A DNA stretch of 64,000 bases from Isurus oxyrinchus. Taxonomy: Eukaryota. The notes beneath the pieces were generated by a model. The model made no database searches, had not been told where the DNA came from, and was given only the letters and a program-made list of their open reading frames with translations. The stretch is taken from contig JANJGN010000002.1 of assembly GCA_026770705.1 (NCBI GenBank), positions 186,620,001 through 186,684,000 on the forward strand, given 5' to 3'. Shown here piece after piece: positions 12,038-26,535 of the stretch; position 1 is the first letter of the stretch, and each line of letters opens with the position of its first letter. The translations under genes and the position numbers were made by a program.

Positions 12038-12656
12038 CTGTAAACAAAAGCAAATGCAAGAGAAATTAACATATCTAATGGATGCCACGTTTCAATTCCT
12101 CTAGATTTAAAATACCCTAAATTGTGGCATATAAATTGACCTGGTGTATAATTCTACCCCATTTTTCCAGTCCAAAGAAACACGTTTTTGTCTATATTCA
12201 GCGTATAAATTGATGTGTAATGGCAACAATAGTCCCATTCCTGCCAGTTACTTAGGCAAGGAAAACAAATCAGAGATGCTAATCCAACTAAACATGTGCA
12301 CTGTTTAATGCAGCTAACTTCAAAGCATTTCCTTAATCATGCTTTGAAATTTGACTCCAGCTACCAGCAAACAAAATGCCAGATTAGTGGTTGCTCATAA
12401 CTTTGGATAAATCAGTACTTGATCTAGTTAAGCACTTCGTGTTAAGCATGCTGATAGAAACTAATTCATATTTACTTGGTTGCAACCTACAGCAACCTGT
12501 TAAAAAAATTAATTTAGGTTGAGATTTGGTTAGAACGTAAACAATCAAGAAAAAACCAGTGAGCCTCTTAAGTTTTCCCATCTACAACTCCAGCTCACTC
12601 AACCTAAACATTCAGCAGCATTTTGAACACCCTACTCTCTTTGGCTCTCCTACTTA

Positions 12657-13732
12657 GGGCCAAATTTTCGTAAAGCCAGAAGGGCACCACGCATTAGTCA
12701 AAACCCACAAACCCAGCACCCACCATTTGTATCAAGCTTGGAAAAGGGGCAGGCATTGTTTCACATTTGCAGTTCACAGAGGCAGCTGTACATTTATAAG
12801 TTCAGCTGGCATCACTCAGAGACAATTTTGGTCACCCAGGTTTCTGAAACATGGCTTTAGGCATTTGAGGAATAGGTCTCAACCTGCCAGAGTTATTTGG
12901 GAGAGGTCAGGTACCCTTTGAGATTGTTAAGAGTATACATGAATGTGCATAAACAGTGGATAAGGTCTTTGGAACTGTCAAGCTGTCAAGTTATTTAAAT
13001 ACCGTCCTTTAAATTTTGAAAAAACAGCCAGCCTGCAGCTGAGAAAAAAAAAATCAGTGCTTGCAATTTCAATCGATGTTTGTGAACATAAGCCTGAGGG
13101 ATATCATTGTAGGGTTAGAGCTGCTTTCACAAACCATTATCACATTGGTGGAAGTGGTGGGGGGTGCTGTAAACTCAGTTTTATCAGCAGCTCAGAAGTT
13201 ATAAAGGGATTAGCTGTCTTCAATGTGTGGCTATGAATACAGATTTTTGCTTTATAGGGGATTAAGTGTTTGAAGGAACTTAAATGCGTCGAATGGGCTT
13301 TTATCAATGAGTGTTTTTTTTTAAATATCGTGGTCTTTAACAAACACAAAACTATTTTATTTCATCTAACCATGGCACCCGAGATCTGCCAATGGTGGAT
13401 ACTGGGTGAGTTGGCATGAACGGTTAAGAGCAAAGGGCATGAAGAGTATGAGGGACTGTGGGGGAGGGTAGGTGGTATGGATGGAGCATGGAGAGTGAGT
13501 GGGGGTGTCAGGACTTGAGGACTGATTTTAGTTTTACTTTTTTTTACAACTGGGTACTGAAGTAACCTTTTAAGCAGTCCACTGCTGCCTACGAATTCGT
13601 TCTGGGAGCGGTTGGCCTAATTTCAATGAGCACCCATCTCCAAAAACAAAAATCTGAATGTTCAGTCATTTTCTCTCGCGTTGAGTTTGTAGAGTCAGGA
13701 GTTTTCCCAACTCTGGAGCAAGAATTTGGCCG
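12657..13732. mobile_element. PIF/Harbinger-like non-autonomous DNA transposon
   Basis: Termini GGGCCAAATT...AATTTGGCCG, flanked by TTA on both sides. Confidence 0.65.
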
Positions 13733-13735
13733 TTA

Positions 13736-15050
13736 GTATCAGAGAGCCGGTTAAAGGAAAACAGAGTAAGGGGTTAAAGGCATTTACTCAAACTGGTGGA
13801 AAATGGAAAACCATGTTCCACAGGAATTGGTGCTGGAGTTACTATTATTTACCTTCCACGTAAATGATTTGGATTTAAGATTTGGAAGTACAATTACAAA
13901 ATTTGTGGATGACTTTTTTTTGAGGGGTATCGGTAATGCTGAGGAAGACTGTAACAAAATACAAGACATTAATTAATTTGTATAGTGAAGCTGTAAAATG
14001 ACAAATGATCTTCAATAAAAAAAGTGAGGTGGTACATTTTGGGAAGAGGAATAGGGAAGCCACATACTCCTTGGAAAACAGTGTCTAAATGGATAAAAGT
14101 AAAATACTGCGGATGCTGGAAATCGGAAACAAAAACAGAAAATGCTGAAAAAATTCAGCAGGTCTAACAGCATCTGAGGAGAGAAAGACAGATTTAACGC
14201 TTCGAGTCTGTGTGACTCTTCAGAGCTAAAGAGAAGTAAAAATGTGATGAAATTTATACTGTTTAAGGGGGGTGGAGCAAGTGAAGCTGGATAGAAGGCC
14301 AGTGATAGGTGGAGGCAAAGGAAAGATTGACAAAGATGTCATGAACAAAAGGACAAAGGGGTGTTAATGGTAGTGATACTGGCTAAAGGTGGTGCTGATG
14401 GTGGCATTAAGGTAAGAAAGCAGAGTGTGATAATAGAAAATGTGATAACAGTCTAAATGGGATAGGGGTGCAAGAGGTTCAGATTCACAAATTGAAAGTA
14501 GCAACTCAGGTTAACAAGGTTACTAAAACGCAAAACTACTGGGATTCATTTCCACAGGAATTCAACTGGAAAGCAGAGAAGTTATGTTAAACTTTCATAA
14601 AACCTTGGCTAGACTACACTGAGTATTGTGAACAATTCTGGTTTCTATATTACAAAAAGGGCAAGGAAGCACTGGAGAAAGTGCAAATAAAGAATTAAAA
14701 CTTTGTTACCAGAACTGAGGAATAACTAGTCAGCAAACACTGGACAGGTTGGGGTTCTTTCCTTTCCAAAAAATAAAAAGAAAGGTGACCTAAAAGAGAT
14801 CTTGAAGGAAGTTTGGTAAGGTAAACAGAGAAGATAGGTTCACTTGTGTGGGAGTTCAAAACTGGGGCTCACAAATACAAGAGATGCCAATAAATCCAAT
14901 CAAGAAATTGGAGAAACCTCTTTGCCTAGAGAGTAGTTACATGCAGGACTTGCTACTGCATGAGATTGAGGCAATGGCAGGGGTGCATTTAAGGAAAAGT
15001 TAGACAAGTGCATAAGTGAGAAATCAGAAGGATATACTAACAGGGTTAGA
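13736..15050 (+). mobile_element. Old CR1 LINE RT/3' fragment, interrupted by a Penelope pLTR
   Basis: Degenerate ttccacaggaattggtgctgg (VPQ..VLG) and aaatttgtggatgac (KFVDD); collinear with 5577-6756. Confidence 0.7.
14093..14450 (-). mobile_element. Penelope pLTR fragment with 10-bp TSD
   Basis: GTCTAAATGG at 14083-14092 and 14451-14460; sequence related to 10164-10440. Confidence 0.8.
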
Positions 15051-15136
15051 AGAAAGAATTGAAAATGAAAATACAATATACACAGGAAAACTGAATAATC
15101 AGTTTGACAGATCTGTGACAGATATATAATACCTAC

Positions 15137-15263
15137 TTGATTGTCTGAAGAAATCTGACCCTATCATTGATCTCATCAGGAATTTTGCTGAGAATGTGTT
15201 TCAGTGCTCGTGCCTTTTCATTTAGCTCCCGGAATTCTGGTTCTTGCCTGTCAATCATATACT
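15137..15263 (-). CDS. PDCD10: PDCD10 coding exon 4 ([43 protein letters not shown])
   Basis: 127 nt; ttcatag acceptor and AA|gtaggt donor; in ORF 15133..15333. Confidence 0.97.
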
Positions 15264-16114
15264 CTATGAATACAAAATAACATGGTGAGAAAAAAATATA
15301 GCTTTCATGTAAAATTACTTTAAAATGAATCATTTCATTTAGATATTGTAAAACATGCTCCTGCCTTTTCAGTGGAATGAGACACCTTCAGCATCATACA
15401 AGAGAAATACTTAAATTAGGGTTTTTAATATATAATGTTTATGCATAATCATGGTGTTGTCAGATTATGTTGCTTAGTGTCATGTCAGGACTGTTGGCTA
15501 ACACCTAGATGTCAAGTGACCATTGATAATAACACAAAAATAAACTTGCTATATTCAATAAAGTCTGCAACTGGGAATACCCAGTCAGAAAATATGTTTT
15601 CCCAGCTGCCAGCCAAAATGAACATGACAAGGTTACCTTGCTGCTCCTGCTGAAAATGCAAAAGCCAACAACATCAGGTCATTACAAAAGTAGCTTTTGT
15701 ACCTTAATTTTAAAGTTTAAAGAGAGGGACTGTTCAAGGGCATCCCAATTGAGGTTTTCATACCAAACTGATCCTTATTAGGTGTCAATGGATTGTAAAC
15801 TACAGAGGAAAAAAACTTGATAATCAGCAATAAAGATCAACTATTCAAACAAAGGGAACCTTGGCAAGAGGGAACTGGGGTTAGCTATACCTTCCTCCTA
15901 GAACCAAAAAAAATCAAATTCTGGAAGCTGGCTTTAGATAATAAACAGTAAGGGAAGTAATTTTATGAAGAAAATAACCTTGCAAAATTTACAAAGTAGT
16001 AACGAGCTGTAAGTTATCACAGTTTGACGACAGTTTTTGTTACTGCATCAAAAGGTAGCAGAATAGATATTTTAGTCCTATGTACAGATAAGTGGAAAGA
16101 TACTGCCTTAAATG

Positions 16115-16545
16115 TTATTTATTCATTCATGGGATGTGGGTGTCGCTGGCTAGAGCAGCATTTATTGTCCATTTAAAATTGTCCTTAAGAAGATGGTGGT
16201 GAGCCGCCTTCTTGAATCACTGCCGTCCATGTGCTGCAGGAACACCCATAGTGCTGTTGGGAAAGAAGTTCCAGGATTTTGATCCAGTGACAGTGAAGGA
16301 ATGGTGATATAATATGGCTTAGAGGGGAACTTGCAGGTGGTGGTGTTCCCATGCTTTTGCTGCCCTTGTCCTTCCAGGTGGTAGAGGTCACAGGTTTGGA
16401 AGATGCTGCCAAAGGAGCCAAGGTGAGTTGCTGCAGTGCATCTTGTAGATGGTACACACTGCTGTCACTGTGCGCCAGTGGTGAAGGGAGTGGATGCTGA
16501 AGGTGGTAGATGGGGTACCAATCAAGTAGGCTGCATGTTCTGCCC
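16115..16545 (-). mobile_element. CR1-type LINE 3' end
   Basis: Reverse complement of the family tail (ttattcattcatgggatgtggg...). Confidence 0.8.
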
Positions 16546-16629
16546 ACATCATGTATTCCTAGATCATGTATAACATAGGTGAAAGCAACATAAATTGATC
16601 TAGTCTTTTCCAGACTAAAATGCAACAAT

Positions 16630-17060
16630 TACTTCTATAGACTTTTAACATAGAAAACTTTGCAAGGCACTTTACAGAAGTGCCATCAAGCAAAAGACAA
16701 CACTGAACAAAAGAGGAGACATCAGGATAAATAGGAAAGCTTGGTCAAAGAGGTACAGTTAAAGGGATATCTTAAACAAAGAGGGATGGAGAGGTTTAGG
16801 GAGGGAATTCTAGTTTAAGGCCTAGGTGGCCAAAAGCACAGCTGCCAGTGGTTGGGACGAGGGTAGTGGTGTATGCACAAGAGATTAGAAAGTGGAGAAA
16901 TGCAGACTCCAAAAGGATTGTAGGACTGGAGGAGGTTAGAGCTGTGGAGGAGTGAGGCCATTAAGGAATTTGAATTCAAGAATAAGAGTTTTAAATTCAA
17001 GGCATTGTTGGGCCTGAGTCAATATAGGTCAGTGAGCAGAGAGATGATGGGTGAAGTTTT
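16630..17060 (-). mobile_element. Old L2-type LINE 3' fragment (similar pieces at ~29887-30280, ~38745-38930, ~50535-50970)
   Basis: Reverse complement resembles the 3' end of the L2 at 55100-56215. Confidence 0.55.
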
Positions 17061-17834
17061 GGATGAACTTTTGTACCAGTGTGAACATTTTAATTTCCTA
17101 AATTAGTCATCCAGTGGCTTCAGTTGGATTGCTTGGTTTGTTGTCAAACTGCACAGAATTGGTGAGTTTTCTATTATGGGCTCAAGTCCATAGACACTTT
17201 GATTTTTTCAGCCAATATCAGAGATAAAAGCCCACTGTTGGTTGGAGCCATAAACTCAGTCTTAATTTCTGGATTAATCATTTCAATAACAAATTGAAAC
17301 ATTTTGCCAGTTGGAGAACTTGACTCCAAACTCAGCCCTTACAAGTTGTGTAACACAATTCAGGAATCATTCTTAAACAAGATTGTACTCAATAGTGTTT
17401 TGTACAAGGGATTTGATCTGTGCAGAGGAAACACCATGTTTACATCAGGTCATGAGCTCTTTCAAGAATATTAGGCAATTACAATGTACTGTGCTCTAAA
17501 TGTGCCACTCAGTGACATACAGTAGCATAAGAAACAGAAGCAACTCAACAAAAGATAGGCTGTATTACTTTGCAGTTTTCTGACTTGCATTGCATGGTGT
17601 AGCTGTGCAATATTTTTGAGAGACTAAAGGTGAGTAGACTTAAATCTCCTGGTGCATCAACAGAATAACAAAATTTGTAGTTCCAACTTCCAAAAGACAA
17701 TTAAATTTCACAGAATCAAGGGGCACTTGTCTATTAAAGTGTCTAGAAGATGTAGGCATGTGCTTAAGTGAAAAACAACATAATTTAAGATAGCATTGTT
17801 TAGTACAAGGTGTTTCTGGTTCCTTGTATTTTCA

Positions 17835-17978
<144 letters not shown>

Positions 17979-20900
17979 CTAAATTGAAAGAGGGTCATCA
18001 ATTCAACAAGTGCTTCTGAACATACACAGTATACTATCCAATATTTTAGCTCTAGTTTATCATATGTAAAGGATGATTATTTTTAAAATAGGCTGTGGAT
18101 GGTCTACGCAAGCAAATTACAAAGTATTCTTAGGACAGGAGAAGTAGACAATGTTTGATATTTAGTCAAATACTGGTTCTACAAGTGTACTAGCACTAAA
18201 TTAAATAATTTTACATGCAGATTTTATTTTTGAAATACTTAGTGCAATGCATCTTTCCATTTTGCATTCTCTAGCAGCAGATTATTTGTCTGACAATTTA
18301 TATGGTCACAGAACTGAGTCACACAGCTCAGGCATTCCATTGAATTCACACTATATTGGTCAAGAGAATTTTGAATTGCTAGTAAATAATAGATGAAGAA
18401 TAGCATTATAGTAAATCACTGCATCACATGAACATTGTTAATTTTATAACTTTGGCAAAAAATGATTTGATTCAAGCAGAGCAATTATGGACCAGAATTG
18501 ATTTCAGTCATGGTCAAGTTCATAAGAAACAAGACTTTTTCAGCAGAATATGCAACACTCATGCTCTTCATCAATTAGTTGCTAACCAGAATAGTTCAGG
18601 AAGTGGATAAGGGATACTGGAAATTTAAAAATTTATATAAAGCAAATCAAAGATGAAATCTCAGATAGGTATTTTAAAGTTTCATTTAATTTGCCTATCT
18701 CCCATCCAAAAGAGAGAGATTGAATGGCTTATTACATTCACCTTGTTTAGCCAAAGAATTTGCTTACAAAATGGCCTTTACTTAAAAGGGTTTCATTATG
18801 TTTTACATACCTATCCTGCAAGGCATTTAATGCGGAGGACTGCTATATAAATTATTCAATATGTGCATCAAGTATGTGTTTCAAAAATTGCAACATAACC
18901 AGAGGTTAAAGGTATATTAGATGGATTAAAAAAAGCTAGCTCTTTTTCATATCATTCCCAAGACAATTAGCACAGAAACGGATAAAGCAAAAAACTCTTA
19001 ACTGTACTTAGACAGATTTTCCTTGCCAAGAGAACTGAATAAGGCTTTGTTTCTCTACATGCTGTGTGGACACATTATCGCTACAAAAACAAATGACATT
19101 TCACAAATACATCCAAGTTAATCCAGTTTTTAAATTTGATCTGTAGTCCACTGTTCTCTAGTCAAAGCTCTAATGTGTAAATAAGATGAGCTACTTGCTA
19201 AATCAGGGCGGTGAATACAATAGTAATGGTATCAGGGATTTGGCATTAAATCCACCATCACTATTAAATACAAAATACTATATTCTTTAAGGGCACCACA
19301 AGAATCTATTCAGGTAAAACAAACCTTGAATCCTTTGACAAAATTACTTCTGGTAGCAAAATTACGATCACTGAATGACATAAATCTAATTTTAATTGGA
19401 AAATGAGAAAATAACTAATTGAGTGTATAAAAACAAGCATAGAATTACTATAACTTAATAATTGGAATAAATGGCAGGCAGATTTTTAAGGTTATTTTAG
19501 GGACCATTACAATTATATCTTCCCCATAAAATTATATGCAATTCAGCTGTACTTTGCAGTTTGAAGCAGGCTGGGGGAGTGATTATTGCCAACAACTTTC
19601 CTTGTTGCCATTTAGTCATACTCTTTCCCCATCAAAAAGAAATCCATTTGACTTTGAAAATAATAGTGTGATGTTAAATTAAAATGTTGTACACTCATTT
19701 GATCACAACCCCATGCCAATAGTCAATCCTGCAGTAGCACACTTCTATAATTTGATGGGATTTCAGAAGTAGATGGTCAGAGAAGCTTCAATTTCAGTAC
19801 ATGAAAAAAACATGCAATTGTTATATCTCAACTTAGAAAAAACAGGAAAAGTTCAAAAGAGCACTAGCCAGAGCACGATCAATTTAAAATCAAAAACAAG
19901 ATACTTATGAAAGCAAAAATAAGTGAGAGGAATCAAGTGCGAGAAAGAGCAAGCATAAATGTGAAAGAGCAACACCCTCCCTCCACCGGACAAGAAAGCA
20001 CAAGATCGAGTGCATAAAAGGACGATGAATTGGATTGTTAAAAGTGAAGTAGAGATCACCCATTAGAAAATGTTTTGCTTGATCCCTATCCAGGGCTGTA
20101 ATATGTATTATTAGGTCCACTCAGATACAGAGGCAGCATTCAAAGCTGGGGTGAATTTGGGTGTCATATAGCTTCGAAGGCAAAACTAATGTGTTAGGTC
20201 AGAGAAAGTGAGTCTTTCACATTCATTCTGGGCTACACACTATTCCAGTGAATATTAATTCTACCAGATGACATTTTGAACTCTTGGCATCTCCGCTGCT
20301 ATGCATGAGAATGAAACAAATTGAAGTTATGCAACAAATATATTTGCAACATCAAATCCAATTAGATTTTGCTGCTTCCCATGGCTTTTTAAAAAAATAT
20401 AAACACAAATGTGCGGATTAAATTTAAAACATGTAATGCAACTAAGACTAATTCAACCCTTATTGAGCGGAGAACATTTAATAACCTAGACATTGATGGA
20501 AACTTAAGGTTTGCTTCAGATATTCTACAAAATGGAAAGTTGCTTAGCACAGTGGAATTTCCTGTTTAAACAGCTTTGCATTTGTAAGTGAACAATCCTA
20601 TTTCTGCTCCCACACAAGGCTACCAAAGTGATCAAGCAGTGGGTTTAAAGAATATTATTCCTCATTTTCTACGCCCTTTAAAAAAAGAGTTCAGAACAAG
20701 GATTTCAAAAATCACTCTTCGTGTTATGGCTACTTGAGGTAATCAAAAGGGTAGAAAAACTGATCAAAGTTCACAAATGAAAATCTAATGTATTAAGACA
20801 TTCCTTTGCGTGTTATTTTTGTGTAGGCATTAAGCCATTTATTTTGAATCAGATAAGTATTTCCCATTTCAACTTAATATAAGCTTTTAGTGATTGCTAG

Positions 20901-22182
20901 AGCATTGTGTTTTGTTTCTTTGACAGAGTTGGATTTTCCAGGCACGTTAAAGCACATTGATGTACAAACAAAAAACCGTTCTTAGTGTTACAGTATATAT
21001 GATTGATATTTCAAAATTGTAACCATTTCAGGTTTATATGGTTCCTAAAAGTCAGAGGTTTCCTCGGGTTCTCAGTGAAGTCACTGTTTCAGCATAGCAA
21101 GTTACGCTCTTAAATAATATCTATTTGACTTTCAGCTGTAAAAGTTCTCCAAATTTTTGAGTTGGAAAGCAGCAACAATTCCAATAACATGTGGATACTA
21201 TTTGATCCATCTCATCTCACTCAAGTTATAAAAAGAAAACAGGAAAACCTAAGGAATATCCTCAAATGGCATTTTGCACTGTCAACTATGCTAAAATAGT
21301 TTAATTCAAAAGGAGTAGACAAAGGAATTTTCTGACCCAAGTCATTATTATGTTCTTCAAGACTGGCAATTTAATGCCAAGCAGTAGAGAATTGCATGTT
21401 CAGCCCAGACTCAGCAGATGGGTAGGATCCAGCAGATTTTAAAAATCAGTGTTGAATTTGAACAAGCTCAAAAAAGGTGAAAGGGCAGAAAACTCATTAC
21501 ACTATTCAATTTAGTGAGGTAATTACATACTGTGCTGTGCATGCCATAATACCCATCGCTTGCAGGGAAAGCGCAATACACAGATGACTTTGAAATGAGG
21601 GATTGAGGCACATTTTTTGATAAGGAGACAGAAGTAATCATTTCAGCCCTGAAAGAACACAGGTATGTCCCATCTTTAATAGATGAAATAATAATTAACC
21701 CAGTTGCATTTCTGCCAAAATGTTGCTTATACTGTGGATGGGCTAAACATATTGAGTTTTAAGAAGTCCACAGCACAAGCATCAATCAGGCAGAGTTACT
21801 AAAAAGATGCATTAACATGCACGCTGGAACAGTGTGCCATGTTCAGAGGCTCCTTTAAAGTACACTAAGCCAGGGAAGGAGCTTTATCATACATCTGGCA
21901 CACAAAATGTCAGCATAAATTATAGGTTAAGTTACGCTCCTTTACTTTATTATCTTGATCAGCGCTGCTTTACAGGGATCATGAATGGCTTTTTGGCCAA
22001 GGTCATTTTCACAAATACTGTCAGTCATCTAATTTCCAGCAAATATCTGAAATACTAAACACTGGAGATTGAACAGCTAAGCAAAATGTTAAGGTTAAAA
22101 TACAAAAAAAGCAACTGAAACGACATAGCTTCATAGGGTACAGTACATTTAGCATAAAATTTATAACAGCAATTAAACTTAC

Positions 22183-22236
22183 CTTAATGAAAGCAGCTCT
22201 GAGAGTTTGTGCAGCAGATAGATTAACATGCTCCAG
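22183..22236 (-). CDS. PDCD10: PDCD10 coding exon 2 (LEHVNLSAAQTLRAAFIK)
   Basis: 54 nt; ttgcag acceptor and AAG|gtaagt donor; contained in ORF 22021..22242. Confidence 0.97.
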
Positions 22237-22704
22237 CTGCAATTAAAAAAAAACAAGATTTTTCTCAAGTTCAAAGTTGTAACAGCTTGCATAGTAAAGT
22301 TTAAAATGCTCAAAGAACAGATTCAGAACTAGATCTTCAGAACTGAGCATAAGTATACCATTCAGGGAGTACTTAAGCAGATATTGAAAATAAATCCTGG
22401 TAGTTTGCCAATTTTTCATTCAAACTGTTAGTCAAACATTTATTAATTATAGAATTTCAGAATCAGTAGATATCTGTGTTATTCGTGCCTTCACAGTACC
22501 CCACTCAAGTTCACTCAGCTGGTTTCTCCATCACATATTGCTCAAGCACTGTTCCTTTGGTTCACTCTGCTTTTCTGTTACTGTCAACTTCTATTTTACT
22601 GTCACTTTCAGGAGAAATTTTAGCTACATTTATCCAAAATAAGTCACATAGTTACTTTAGGCCTTCAAGAAAGCCAAACAGACCATAGCAGTGTTATATG
22701 CCTA

Positions 22705-22824
<120 letters not shown>

Positions 22825-24249
22825 TTAATCACACACTATTGCTGTGAAAGTGCTACAAAGGCATTCACTGCCAAGCCAGTCCTCCTCTTCCCGCCTTGTG
22901 AAAGAAAGAGCCACTACCCTAAAAGAAAACAAAATAAACATTAAAATGTTCTGCCATATACATAAATAAGTGGATGTTGTATAATCAATGTTTGACATAG
23001 CCTACTAAGCATTTACACAGGGAATAGCTTGGATTTTTAAGTTAATTTAAAAGTTTTGGGATGTTTTGAATACAAATCGTGAAGCAGAACTAGTATTGTG
23101 CATAGAATCACCAATCAGGAGTTAGGTGGGTTTCAGAAGATGAACGTGCATACTCAACTTTGAACTATCCTGACCAAACTGGATAGAACACTGGTTATAA
23201 ATATGGCCAAATGCAGTATGAACAGTAAGTGCCTGAAGAGACATGAAAAATGTTACTATTTAAACGTGGTAAATATAAATTTCCAATTTCATTAAGAATC
23301 GAGCAAAATGCCCAAGTTCTTTACAAAATATATTTGCATGAGTATTGCTTAGCATGAAGCTGCACCTTAGGAATCTGGACTTGTCTGATACAGCACTTGC
23401 AGCAGGTGAACTATTCTCTCCGCCAAAGTTCAGTGCTCAGTCTTCAATGAAACATCAAACCTTGCAGCTTGTAAAGAAACTGATCAACTCACTCAATGGT
23501 GATAGGTGAATTTCAGGACTTGGGTGAATGATCATTTGATTGTGATTTACCGTTGTGATTGAAAATACCAATGTAAAGTACGTAATACTGTGCAAAGCCA
23601 AAGAAAAACTCCATAAATATTTTAATTAAATAGCTTATGGAAAAGTGTGTGTCTTGCAAAAGATACAAAACTGCTTTATTAAACCACTCATACAAAACCC
23701 ATTACTCCATAGCTTGTCAAATGTTATTAATTTGTTAATGATGGAAAATAGGACATCTCATTTTTGGACTTAGTGTTAACAATAAGCCTACTCAAAAAAA
23801 TGAACAATCTAACGTTCATATAGCATCTTTCAGGCCCTCAATGTTCCAAAGTACTTTATAACTAATGAAATAAAGTCACATATAACATGCCCACTTGTAG
23901 AACAAAGCCCCTTTTCTCATGTTTCAACCGCTGGAAAATCTATAAGCCAACTGTGAAAACTTTTCCATTTCCCATACATCATTTACCTTTAAACTTGAGT
24001 AAGATCGTCAGCTTGTGCCAAGTTAAGGGCGGTTCTACTTGGCACACTTAAGCATTAAGGACCAAGTTACAGTAGGCTTTTCTCAATCTAATACATAGAA
24101 CTCTTGGAATCAGTTTCTTTTAACCTGGTTATATCAATCTGGGCAGGATTCAAATCCAGGTTCCAGAAATCAAATAAGTGTGTCCAAAATCATTGCAATA
24201 TTAAGTCATGGTTGTCAAAATTTCTACACTGAAAAAAACCTCACAATAC

Positions 24250-24950
24250 AAACAACAGGGAATTATAGAATAGAATAATAGAGACCTGCTACAGCACAGG
24301 AGGCAGCCATTCAGCTCGGGATTGCATATGACTTTATAACCACTTTCTCAACCTGCCCTGATGATTTGGGTACGTACAGGGCTGAATTTTCCCAGCCCTC
24401 TAGGGACAGGTTAGGAGTCCTGTAAAATGGTGAGGGAAGGTAGGGTTGGAATGTCCGTTGCCTTCCTATTGCCATGGCATTCTGCCAGAAGGTGGAGGTC
24501 AGCCCTCCCATCTGGTGGCCAATTAAGGGCCTCTTCCCTCTGCCGCTGGCATTTTATCAGTGGCAGATGGGCCCTCCACTGGGTGAGGAGGCTGCCTGGT
24601 GAAACCTGCTAGCCTCCCTGTGAGCTTGGTGGCCCTCCCGGCAGCAATACACTTGGGCTAAGTCATTAACATAGATTAAAAGCAGTAGGCCTTGAACAAT
24701 CCCAGCAGAACACCACTGTCTACCTGTCTCCAGTCCGATAAACATCTGCTTACCAGTACTGTTTCCTCTCACTCAACCATCTTCTTACCCAGCTGCCACT
24801 TTCCCTTTTATTCCATGGGCTTCACTTTGCTGACAAATCTATTAAGTGGCACTTTATCAAATGCCTTTTGGAAGCCCATATGCACCACATCAACCATATT
24901 ACCTTCATTAGCCTTTTCTGTTATCTTGTCAAAAATATCTAGCATTTACA
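24250..24950 (-). mobile_element. Old CR1 fragments interrupted by a Harbinger-like fragment (~24379-24645)
   Basis: LSNAFWKP on the + strand is antisense DFQKAFDKV; insert starts gggctgaattttccc. Confidence 0.55.
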
Positions 24951-26150
24951 GCACTGCAATACTCTCATATATGGATTTAGTTTTAAAACATATTGGTTAA
25001 TTTCTCAGATCCACATCTTATTCAAACATATTTTGAACTTACCCTGCTTTCTCTTGCATGAATATATGCTGAGATACTCCTAATATCAATACCACTGATT
25101 TTTAAGAACATACCATTTTGACTGTAGTCAGCTTAGTTCCAGCATTCATGCATTTACAGTACCTTAAAGTCATGTTCAAGTCACGCTCCAGTTTGAAGGG
25201 GTCATTTCAATGCAGTACTGAAGGATTACTGCACTTTCACGGGTGCTACCCAGGAAATTAGACTTTAAACCAAGGTTCTACCAGCTTCTGCAGGCTAACA
25301 TATAAAACTCTACAACACAAGTTGAAAAGCTGACTGGGTTCTTCCCGTGGTTTGGCCAACAACTATCCCTCAATGAACACCATGAAAACAGATCAACTGG
25401 CCAATTATCTTGCCGCTGTTTGTGACCTTGGTGTATGTGAGTTAGGTACTGCATGCCGGCAACAAGTTTACTTTAAAAGTAATTGGCTGTGATGCACTTT
25501 GGAACATCCTTTGACACAAAAGGCACTATATGAGAGTAAATCCTTTCTTTAAAAAGGAACTATACCAGGAATGCAAAATATGTAGCCAACTTAATTCAAT
25601 TACATTTTACGACCTTGAAAGCACGAATAAGCAGTTGAACTAGATGTTAACTACTGTCAGTTAGTCAGCTGTATCCACTGGACTAGATTTTGCCCTCAAT
25701 GGTGATTAGACTTGCAAACAGGCTATGGGATTTTGTACTGGAACTTACTGTAAATTAGGAAACCATTTCAGCACAGCACTCTAGAAGTGATCTGGGAACT
25801 ACATGAACAGAGCAAACAATGTGTATCTCCTTAACCAATGTAACTGAAGAATTGTTAACGAGCAGCACAAAGTCTGAATCAAGAAGTGTCAGTTAGAATT
25901 CAATATCAAATCAGGTACAGAAAGCAAAATAAGGAGCGGGAAATAACTTTATTCAAAGAAAAGACTGAAATACACTCACACTTATAAAAATTAATTTTCA
26001 GTCCCAGAGAGGTTGTTCTACGGTAGTGAAGACATTAAGAATACAGCAATGTACAAGCATCAAATTTTTCCAGTGAGTTTAGAGTGCACTTATAACAGAA
26101 GTACAACAATTTATTAGCATTTATGTATTTCAACAGTTTCAGTGAGATCC

Positions 26151-26535
26151 GGTGCAAGCTGTGACTCAGTTAGTGGCAAAAAAGTCAGAAGGTTGAGGGC
26201 TCAAGTCCAATTCCAGGACTGGAGTATAACAAGTGCTGCACTGTCAAAGATGTCGTTTTTATGATGAGATGTTAAACTGAAACCCATCTGCCCTCTCAGG
26301 AGAAACTAAATTATTCTATGGCACTATTTTGAAGCAGAGCAGAGGAGTTATCCATAGCACCCTCTGGCTAATATTAATTCCCTCAATCAACATAGAGTAA
26401 AAACAGATTATCTGGTCAATTATCATTATGTTTGTAGGAGCTTGCAGTGACTACAAAATTACTTCATTGACTGTAAAGCACTTTGGGACATCCTGTGATT
26501 GTGAAAAGATACTATATAAATGCAAGTCTTCTTTG
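26151..26535 (+). mobile_element. DeuSINE (SacSINE1/AmnSINE-like); more degraded copies at ~25150-25550 (+) and ~49610-49860 (-)
   Basis: tRNA-like head, Deu-domain-like gatgagatgttaaac...ggcactatttgaag, and L2-type tail ctatataaatgcaagtctt. Confidence 0.75.
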